A DNA stretch of 53,522 bases from Armatimonadota bacterium. GTDB lineage: Bacteria; Vulcanimicrobiota; JACPDS01; JBDRKI01. How positions within the stretch are numbered: the first letter of the stretch is position 1; every line of letters begins with the position of its first letter. This document shows positions 29,195 through 37,080 of the stretch, one piece after another. A model generated the notes under the pieces. That model was given only the letters and a program-made list of their open reading frames with translations, did not search any database and had not been told where the DNA came from. The DNA is taken from the NCBI GenBank assembly GCA_043814095.1, contig JBDRKI010000046.1, positions 1-53,522 of the forward strand, written 5' to 3'. A program made the position numbers and the translations under genes.

Positions 29195-31184
29195 CTACTT
29201 TTTATTAAGCTCAGCTATTCTTTCCCTGGCGATATTTATTAAATAACTCCCGGGCTCTGCTTTATCGCAAAGGATAACATAATATTTAAGCGCGCTTTTA
29301 TTATCCCCCAGCATATCATATGCCGCGGCGAGATTAAAAACCGTAAACGGGTAATCAGGATCAATGGAATACGCTTTTTCAAGGAATTTCAAAGCCATCT
29401 GTGTCTTACCCGCGTTTAAAAGGCACCCCCCCCGCATTACTCAGGGCTTTGTAATCATCATATTTATAAACCTGTTCAGCTGCTTTAATCAGGTTCTCCG
29501 TATCAGAGATGCTGTAGTAATAAAAAACAAGGGTATCCCAGTAAAAATCCAGCAGACTGACTGTATCATAATCTTTATATATACTATCATCATTAAGATT
29601 GCGCAGTTTCATTTTATCTTCAGGCATAAAAGGCGGCTTCCACCCAAAACCTTTTCTAACAACGCGGAATACTATGCCATAGGGCTGGAGATAATATTTT
29701 GAATTTCTGCCCAGATTAAAATTATATGAAAAATATATGGGGCATTTATTATAATTCTCATCTATAATCCTGTTATATGCCACCCTCCTTATAACATCTC
29801 TCTGTTCCTCACTGAGTTTTGAAAAAGCAAAATCTTTACCGAATATATCTCCCGAGACGCACCCCGTGTCTTCATACATCTTAACGTCGCCCCTGTATCC
29901 TTCAACCTGCTGGAGGTAAAGCAAGTTAAAAACTATGCTGTCTCCTTTAGAAAAAAGAATTGCGCCTTTATCCGTAAGATCTAAAACGCTTTTTGCGTAA
30001 TCATAAGCAACATAATTTCTGCTTAAATCATTCTCATGGTAATTATGCCATATGGGAATTACCGCTATCAATAAAATAATTACACTAATTATAAATTTAA
30101 GTACTCTATTCTTATCAATAACCTTACCCAGTAAATCCCATATATAAGAAAGGCCGTATCCTATATAGCATGCAAAAACAAAGTAACACGGGAAATAATA
30201 TACACTCATTGTCACAACGCGCAGTAAAGAATACGGGTATTCCTGTGTTACTGCTATTACAAACCCGTTAAATATAATTATCCCAAGTGAAAGAACCAGA
30301 AATTTTATATCCTTTACAACTAACCTTAAAAAACCAAGCACCCCTATAACAATAAAGACAATACCGAATTGATCAAGAAAACCGGAAAGAAAAGCTTTTA
30401 CAAATTTCAGCTTAACATCAATACCGTAACTGCCGATACCCACATCACTGTAAGTTTTGCGCTGGATATGAGCTAAGAATCTTTCAAGTGTCTCCGGATT
30501 CCCCCAATCCATAACAGGGTTAAATTTAGATGCAATAGGCAGGTATAAATAAGGCAGTAAGCCCACTATAAAAAGCCCTATACAGCCCAGAACAAGCTTT
30601 AAGTCCTTTAAAATCCGCCATTTTGTCCATATTATGAATATAAGGAAAAAAGGGGCGGCTATAGCCATAAAATGGTGGTTAGTTAAGCTTAAACCGTACA
30701 TGAAAGCAAAAAGGTATAGGAACTTATTCTTATCAGATTCACGCCAGACTTGTAGTAAATACATACACACAGACAAAAAGAATATGTTTAATGTATATAC
30801 TTCAGCAACAACAGCTTGAGACCAGAATACCGGTGAAAAACAGAAAAGCATGGCTGATAAAAATGAAATCTCTATTTTTCTTGTAAGCCGGAAAACAAGC
30901 AAAAAGAGGAAAAAAGCAGCCAGTGCCGCCCAGAAAGCAGACATGAAATTAACACGCCATGCGATACTGCCATACGGGATAAAGGTAAAAACCTTCCCTA
31001 AAATACAGTAAAGCGGGTACCCGGGCGGATGGACAATCCCGAGTGTATATGCGCCTGTAATAAATTCACCGCAGTCTTCCGCGTAGCTTACGGGACATAA
31101 AGTAAAGGTATATATTATTAACGGAAGCAGAAATGATACGGAAGCGATTATATTAAAATAAAGATTACTTATCTTTTCTTTCAT
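29195..31184 (-). pseudogene. DUF2723/TMEM260-like glycosyltransferase (paralog 2), frameshifted at a G8 tract just before the TPR (phase-variable or assembly error)
   Basis: ORFs 29406..31184 and 29195..29437 join into one paralog-length gene if the C8 run at 29426-29433 (G8 on the coding strand) is G7. Confidence 0.85.
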
Positions 31185-31188
31185 AATA

Positions 31189-33222
31189 TCATTTACCGTC
31201 CGGCTTTTTAGTCTTTTTTATCTCGTCACTTATCTGCTTTATTCTCTTCTTCCCTAATTTCACGTATTTAGCGTACCTGGCATCCCCTTTATACTTATCC
31301 AAAGACAAAACATAATATTTAAGAGCCCCTTTACTGTCGCCTTCAAGCTCATAAACAAGAGCTTTATTAAAGTATAAAGGGAAATAAGTCTGATCAATAG
31401 ACAATCCTTTATCAACATACTTTACCGCTTCTGCGGGGTTTTGGTTATTGATATAAAACGCGGCTGCGTTATTTAAAGAACAGTAATCCTCATACTTGTA
31501 AATCTGTTTATAACATTCTTCCGCTTTTTTCTTATCCCCTACCCTTAAATAATAAAATGCCATCATATCCCAGTATAAGGCGTACATTCTCTTAGTGTCA
31601 TAATCCTTATACATCTTATCATCATAAAGATTCCTGATATGTATCTTAGTTAAAGGATCAAAACTATCAACAACCTTCTCATCTTTTCTTACAACCTTAA
31701 AAACAGTACCGAAAGGAACAAGCCTGTACTTTGAGGAAGCGCCCAGATAAAAATCATAGTTAAAGTAAACAGGCCTCTTCCCGTAGTTTTCATCAATTAT
31801 TTTTTCTGCAACCTGCCTGCGCCTTTCTTCCTGCTGTAGTTCGGTAAGAGCCCCGAAGAGCATATCTTCCCCCAAGTATTCGCCCGTGATAGCGCCTGTA
31901 TTCTCATATATAGTTATATCAGGCCTGTGGTTCTCGCAGTATTTAAGATAAAACATACTGAATACCGGGGCATCTCCTTTAGCAAAAATAATTGCGTCAC
32001 GATCCATAAGATCCATGGAGCTTTTAACATAATCATAAACAAAATAATTATTGCTTAAATTATTCTGGTGATAATTATGCCATATAGGGATTACCGCTAT
32101 TAACAATACAACCACACTGACTACAACTTTAAACACCTTATTCTTATCAATAACCTTAGCTAACAAATTCCATATATAAGATAACCCGTATCCTATATAG
32201 CATGCAAAAACAAGATAACAGGGAAAATAATATACTGTCATTGTTCTTTCCCTTAATATGCTGTAAGGGTGTTCTTGAATGAATATAAGGAGAATGCTGT
32301 TAAATATAAATATCCCGAATGTCATAAACGTAAATTTTATATCTTTAAAAGCCATCTTTATAAATCCGAGCATACCTATAACAATAAAGACTATACCGAA
32401 CTGACCGAGAAACTCAAGCAAAAACCCCTTTATAAACATCCATTTAACATCTATGCCGAAACGGCCTAAAGCGACATCGCCATAGGTCTTCCTCTGTATA
32501 TGATCCAAGAACCTCCCCAGTGTCTCAGGATTACCCCAATCAATAACAGGATTAAATTTAGATGCAATAGGCAGGTATAAATAAGGTAGAAGCCCTGCTA
32601 TAAATAAACCTATACAGCCTAAAACAAGCTTTAAGTCCTTTAAAACCTGCCACTTTGTCCATATTATAAATATTATAAAGAAAGGAGCTGCCAGGGTCAT
32701 AAAATGGTGGTTAGTTAAACTTAAACCATACATAAAAGCAAATAAATAAAGGTACTTATTCTTATCAGATTCTCTCCATATTTGTAACAGATACATACAG
32801 ACAGATAAAAAGAATATATTCAACGTATATACTTCAGCAACAATTGACTGGGACCAGAATGCCGGTGAAAAACAGAAAAGCATGGCTGATGCGAATGAAA
32901 CTTCAATCTTTTTAGTTAACCTGTAAATTAATAAGAATAAAAAAAGCCCTGCCAGCGCCGCCCAGAAAGCAGACATAAAATTAACACGCCAGGCAATACT
33001 CCCCACCGGGATAAAGGTAAATACCTTGCCAAGCATGCTGTATAGTGGATAACCCGGAGGATGGAGAACACCTAATTTATATGCACCTGTAATAAACTCA
33101 CCGCAGTCCTCAGAATAAGTGGTAGGGCAAAGAGTGAATATATATACTATTAAAGGCAAAAGAAATGAAAAAACTGCTATTATTTTGAAATATAAGGTTT
33201 TATTCCCTGTATTATTATTCAT
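31189..33222 (-). CDS. DUF2723/TMEM260-like GT-C glycosyltransferase with TPR (paralog 1)
   Basis: EDCGEF, HPPGYP, AEVY, DWGNP, TPR; GGAGG RBS. Confidence 0.88.
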   Translation of the reverse strand: MNNNTGNKTLYFKIIAVFSFLLPLIVYIFTLCPTTYSEDCGEFITGAYKLGVLHPPGYPLYSMLGKVFTFIPVGSIAWRVNFMSAFWAALAGLFLFLLIYRLTKKIEVSFASAMLFCFSPAFWSQSIVAEVYTLNIFFLSVCMYLLQIWRESDKNKYLYLFAFMYGLSLTNHHFMTLAAPFFIIFIIWTKWQVLKDLKLVLGCIGLFIAGLLPYLYLPIASKFNPVIDWGNPETLGRFLDHIQRKTYGDVALGRFGIDVKWMFIKGFLLEFLGQFGIVFIVIGMLGFIKMAFKDIKFTFMTFGIFIFNSILLIFIQEHPYSILRERTMTVYYFPCYLVFACYIGYGLSYIWNLLAKVIDKNKVFKVVVSVVVLLIAVIPIWHNYHQNNLSNNYFVYDYVKSSMDLMDRDAIIFAKGDAPVFSMFYLKYCENHRPDITIYENTGAITGEYLGEDMLFGALTELQQEERRRQVAEKIIDENYGKRPVYFNYDFYLGASSKYRLVPFGTVFKVVRKDEKVVDSFDPLTKIHIRNLYDDKMYKDYDTKRMYALYWDMMAFYYLRVGDKKKAEECYKQIYKYEDYCSLNNAAAFYINNQNPAEAVKYVDKGLSIDQTYFPLYFNKALVYELEGDSKGALKYYVLSLDKYKGDARYAKYVKLGKKRIKQISDEIKKTKKPDGK

Positions 33223-33289
33223 AACCCCTCCACTCTATATGTAATATAATTTTACAAATATAAATAAAATCCTTGATTTTTACCCCTAA

Positions 33290-33321
33290 AAAAGCACCCC
33301 GGTAAATACCGGAGTGCTTTT
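33290..33321. terminator. Intrinsic terminator downstream of the TA operon
   Basis: AAAAGCACCCCGGT-AAAT-ACCGGAGTGCTTTT. Confidence 0.75.
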
Positions 33322-33410
33322 ATATATTCTACCAGTGACCTGCTTTTTCTTAACCGCAGGGACGGGTGTAAAAAACGGCATATTGCCGCGCCGCCCGCCT
33401 TCATTCTTCT

Positions 33411-33683
33411 TTAAAATCTTTTTAACAATTTTTCATAAACTGAACGGCGATGGCCTATCTTAAAAATAGTAATTATACTTTCTTTAATAATATAAATAAT
33501 TCTGTAACTGCCAACCTTTAATTTATAACAACTGGACAACGGAGCTCTCATCCTTTGTCCAAATTTTTCAGGATCCCGTAAAATCTTTTTCTCTATAATT
33601 TTAAATATATCTTTTTGGTTTTTTTTATCAATTTCCTGAAAATCTTCTTTTAATACTCTATGATCGTATATTCCCTTATACAT
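33411..33683 (-). CDS. relE: Type II toxin, RelE/ParE family
   Basis: 90 aa; ...DP..FG..M...L...YKLKVGSYRIIY.I....I.IFKIGHRRSVY. Confidence 0.9.
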   Translation of the reverse strand: MYKGIYDHRVLKEDFQEIDKKNQKDIFKIIEKKILRDPEKFGQRMRAPLSSCYKLKVGSYRIIYIIKESIITIFKIGHRRSVYEKLLKRF

Positions 33684-33684
33684 T

Positions 33685-33939
33685 TCAAAGTCCCAGCTTT
33701 TTCTTTATTTGTTCATGAGATAATGCTTTTTTAGGATCAAAAGTATTAAACCTCTCTAATGCCATCTCTCCTAGAACTTCGTCTTCTAACTCATCCAGCT
33801 GTTCTTTTGTTGCCTGTTTTTTAATAAGGTCTCTAACAAAAAGAGATATAGATATATGCAGTCTTTTTGCTTCCTGTTTTATCCAGTCATAAAGACTTGG
33901 TTCCAAAACCACCATTATTCTGGGATTTTTAGTAGACAT
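33685..33939 (-). CDS. Antitoxin, ribbon-helix-helix type
   Basis: MSTKNPRIMVVLEP..Y..IK..A....SIS..VRDLI, acidic C-terminus ending ALSHEQ; 1 bp upstream of the toxin. Confidence 0.85.
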   Translation of the reverse strand: MSTKNPRIMVVLEPSLYDWIKQEAKRLHISISLFVRDLIKKQATKEQLDELEDEVLGEMALERFNTFDPKKALSHEQIKKKLGL

Positions 33940-33949
33940 TTTTCACCTC

Positions 33950-34008
33950 GTTCATCAAAAGTGTTGAACCCCCGTTTATAGTGTAGCAAAAGTGTTGAAC
34001 TATGTCAA
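33950..34008 (-). promoter_or_regulatory. TA promoter with autoregulatory operator repeats
   Basis: TTGACA (34008-34003) - 17 bp - TACACT (33985-33980). The 14-bp repeat CAAAAGTGTTGAAC at 33956 and 33987 flanks the -10. Confidence 0.75.
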
Positions 34009-34025
34009 TAAATAAGGGATGGAAA

Positions 34026-34091
34026 GTTAACATTTTGTTAACATTTTGGCAATAATCTTGTAACAACCTTTAAACAGAATTATGTTATTAT
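34026..34091 (+). promoter_or_regulatory. Four TTAACA-like boxes (11-bp period) plus extended -10 TGnTATTAT
   Basis: GTTAACA 34026, GTTAACA 34037, GGCAATA 34048, TGTAACA 34059; TGT-TATTAT with the hexamer at 34086. Confidence 0.8.
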
Positions 34092-34125
34092 ATACATGTA
34101 AATCAAATAAATATGGGGATTTATT

Positions 34126-34860
34126 ATGAATCTCAGTAATATTAACAGAATAACCACTATGGGTATTGAAGCAGGTGCAAAAACTCCTTCTAATATGACT
34201 GTACGGGAAGTTGATAAAATTTTATCCGACTGCATAAAAGGATTATCAAATGATAGTAAGTTTCTATCAATTTATAACAAGGAACTATTTGATAAAACCA
34301 TTAAAGTACATTCCTATAAAACCTGTGGCGGAAATCTGGAATTTAGTGTATACTTACCAAATACTTATGATTATGTCAGTCAAAAACTAGAAGCATTATT
34401 ACCAGAAAATACTTCAGTCACAAGTAAATATCTGCAGGAACTTCTAAAATTCCAACGTGCTGACGGTCCGATAGTCCCTGAATCAAAAAAGTTTATCACC
34501 AGAGAAGGATGGAATAATATCGTCAGCAAGCTAGTTGTTGATATATTTGAAAATACAGATGTTACATTTAATAAAGATAAGTCTTATTTGCTTAAGTCTA
34601 CTAAAGTCAATTTTGACGGTGTTAAAAATAAAACTGAAACGACTGCAAAAAAAATAGTCGATTTCTTCGCAAGACATGATCTTGAATTTTCTGCAATTAA
34701 GGCTTTTAGAAGATCTACAGGCAAAACTGAACCTGTTAAAGCTCCTGGAACTCCTAAAACTGGAGTAAAAACAAGGAGAACTCCCACAGTCCGCATAAAA
34801 TTTAAGATGCCTAATATAAAGGCTATAAAATCATCTCTAAAAAATTGGTTCCGCTGGTAA
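34126..34860 (+). CDS. Orphan protein (244 aa) with a basic Pro/Thr/Lys-rich tail
   Basis: ORF directly downstream of the TTAACA-box promoter. Confidence 0.75.
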   Translation: MNLSNINRITTMGIEAGAKTPSNMTVREVDKILSDCIKGLSNDSKFLSIYNKELFDKTIKVHSYKTCGGNLEFSVYLPNTYDYVSQKLEALLPENTSVTSKYLQELLKFQRADGPIVPESKKFITREGWNNIVSKLVVDIFENTDVTFNKDKSYLLKSTKVNFDGVKNKTETTAKKIVDFFARHDLEFSAIKAFRRSTGKTEPVKAPGTPKTGVKTRRTPTVRIKFKMPNIKAIKSSLKNWFRW

Positions 34861-34887
34861 GGTAAATATAATTTATAGGAGGATATA

Positions 34888-35082
34888 ATGGCAAAGATAA
34901 ACACAGTAAATAGCACAACTACGGCTAAATCCCATAAGGTTAGTAACACTAAAGATTCTAATCTTAACAAGTTTCTTACAAAATCCGGAGAAGCTTTAAA
35001 GAAATTAGGGAAAGTACTCAAGGAAGTATTTATTAATACGGTGAAAAACGCAGTTGATCCTGATGCCCCGTATAGAGATTAG
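34888..35082 (+). CDS. Small amphipathic peptide (64 aa), paralog of 35216..35437
   Basis: AGGAGG RBS; ALKKLG..LK..F.N.VKNA.DPDAP shared with the next ORF. Confidence 0.8.
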   Translation: MAKINTVNSTTTAKSHKVSNTKDSNLNKFLTKSGEALKKLGKVLKEVFINTVKNAVDPDAPYRD

Positions 35083-35215
35083 TTTTTACGGCAATTATAG
35101 TCCGGATATAAACTTTTATAATAGGTTTTAAAGCACCCTGGTATCTACTATGCAAGGGAGGATATTGCATTATTTAAGGTAATATCTCCTGTAAATAATT
35201 ACTTAACCGGAGGAT

Positions 35216-35437
35216 ATGATGGCTGACAATACTGTAAATGTAACAAACGCTAAAAAAGCAATGGAAAGCCCTACAGCTAAAGCGGCATCTCACGGGTTCG
35301 GGGATGCTGAATTCCTTAATCCCGAAGTGCAGAAATACTTCGGTAAAGCTTTAAAGAAATTAGGCGAAGGGATTAAAAAGATATTTGTTAATTTAGTCAA
35401 AAACGCGTCTGACCCTGATGCCCCGCCTAAAATATAG
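35216..35437 (+). CDS. Small amphipathic peptide (72-73 aa), paralog of 34888..35082
   Basis: GGAGG RBS; ALKKLGEGIKKIFVNLVKNASDPDAP. Confidence 0.8.
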   Translation: MMADNTVNVTNAKKAMESPTAKAASHGFGDAEFLNPEVQKYFGKALKKLGEGIKKIFVNLVKNASDPDAPPKI

Positions 35438-35441
35438 GTTT

Positions 35442-36236
35442 TTATTTTAGCACCATAACAATAATCCAGGCAGAAGCTGTAAGGAATACTACAAGGTCCA
35501 GATTAGTTATATTCTGGACCCTCATTTTTGTCCTTTTTATGCCTGTCTGGTAACATCTTGCTTCCATAGCCACAGCAAGCTCTTCAGCGCTTTTGAACGC
35601 GCTTATAAAAAGAGGCACAAGTATTGGTACTAATGCTTTTGCCCTTTTTACCAGACTGCCTGATGTAAAATCAGCACCTCTGGAAACCTGAGCTTTAATT
35701 ATCTTTTCTGTCTGGAAAAGAAGGATTGGCACAAATCTGAGCGCTATTGTCATCATCATTGCTATCTCATGCGCGGGGAATTTAAAGATTCTTAAAGGAA
35801 GCATAAGACTCTCAAGTGCGTCTGTTAAGTTTATTGAGGATGTTGTAAGGGTTAAGATGGATGTTAAGACAAGAAGCATCATAATCCTGAAAACCATTAA
35901 AAAGCCCAGCTCAAGACCCTGTTTTGTTATCTCTATAAAATAGAATTTACAGATTATATCGCCTTTTGTGAAAAAGACGTTGAATATAACGGTGATTATT
36001 ACAAGTATAAATACTGTTCTTAAACCCCTTAATATGTATGAGAAAGGTATCCTTGATAAAATTAATGTTGTTAATACCAGCGCGGTATATAATAACATAC
36101 CAGCTAAGGAATGTATCATGAATAATACTATCATAAGGATAAATACAAGAATAATCTTAATCCTGGCATCCATCCTGTGAATTATTGATGTGCCGGGTAT
36201 AAACTGGCCTATTATAACATTCCTTAGAAGTTCCAC
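35442..36236 (-). CDS. ecfT: ECF transporter transmembrane component T
   Basis: GQFIPG.S.IHRMDAR.K, IALRFVP, AQVSRG, AMEARCY. Confidence 0.95.
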   Translation of the reverse strand: MELLRNVIIGQFIPGTSIIHRMDARIKIILVFILMIVLFMIHSLAGMLLYTALVLTTLILSRIPFSYILRGLRTVFILVIITVIFNVFFTKGDIICKFYFIEITKQGLELGFLMVFRIMMLLVLTSILTLTTSSINLTDALESLMLPLRIFKFPAHEIAMMMTIALRFVPILLFQTEKIIKAQVSRGADFTSGSLVKRAKALVPILVPLFISAFKSAEELAVAMEARCYQTGIKRTKMRVQNITNLDLVVFLTASAWIIVMVLK

Positions 36237-37078
36237 TGTTTAATAAGCTCCTCTTCTATCCCGTTTAAGGTATAAACAGATGTATTTACCGGTATTCCTT
36301 CATCGTGAAGCTTATACGCAAGCTTAGTGTACGCGGGCAGATCAAGCCCCAGATTCTGTATAAAATTCTTAAGTGAGAATATCTGTTCTATAGTCTCATC
36401 AGCGGCTATCTTCCCTTCATACAGAACAACCACTCTTTTTGCAATCTGTGCTACTTCTTCCATTGAATGGGATACCATTATAATCGTTATACCGTGCTCT
36501 TTATTTAAAATATTAATCCTGTTAAGAATCTCGGCCTTTGACGAAGGGTCCATGCCTGCTGTAGGCTCATCAAGTATCAAAACCTTGGGCCTCATTGCAA
36601 GAACCCCCGCAAGAGCTACTTTTCTCATCTGTCCGCCTGATAATGAAAAAGGAGACCTTTCTTTTGCCTCGGAAACGCTTAATCCCACAAGCTTTAAGGC
36701 ATCCTCTACCCTTTCTTCCACCTCTTTCGGGGTAAGGCCCATATTTTTAGGACCAAAAGCTATATCAGCGTAAATAGTCTCTTCAAAAAGCTGGTGCTCG
36801 GGATACTGGAACAGAAGCCCTATATCTTCACGCACCTTCTTGAAATCAACGCCCTTAGACGAGAGATCCATTCCTAAAACAGAGATACTGCCTGATGAGG
36901 GCCTTAATAACCCGTTAAAATGCTGTATTAAAGTGGATTTACCGCTGCCTGTAGGGCCTATAAGCCCTATAAACTCACCCTGGTTTACTGTTAGATCTAT
37001 ACCCTTAAGAGCTTCTGCCTCAAAAGGAGAGTCTTTCATATATGTATGTGTAAGATTTTCAGTCTTTATTAAAACCAT
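36224..37078 (-). CDS. ecfA2: ECF transporter ATPase
   Basis: GPTGSGKST, LFQYPEHQLFEET, LSGGQ, LDEPTAG. Confidence 0.95.
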   Translation of the reverse strand: MVLIKTENLTHTYMKDSPFEAEALKGIDLTVNQGEFIGLIGPTGSGKSTLIQHFNGLLRPSSGSISVLGMDLSSKGVDFKKVREDIGLLFQYPEHQLFEETIYADIAFGPKNMGLTPKEVEERVEDALKLVGLSVSEAKERSPFSLSGGQMRKVALAGVLAMRPKVLILDEPTAGMDPSSKAEILNRINILNKEHGITIIMVSHSMEEVAQIAKRVVVLYEGKIAADETIEQIFSLKNFIQNLGLDLPAYTKLAYKLHDEGIPVNTSVYTLNGIEEELIKQWNF

Positions 37079-37080
37079 TA

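Noticed and set aside
18134-33222. Diversity-generating retroelement or integron as the cause of the paralog array
   Set aside because: No reverse transcriptase, template/variable repeat pair, integrase or attC sites; intergenic gaps hold little more than an RBS.
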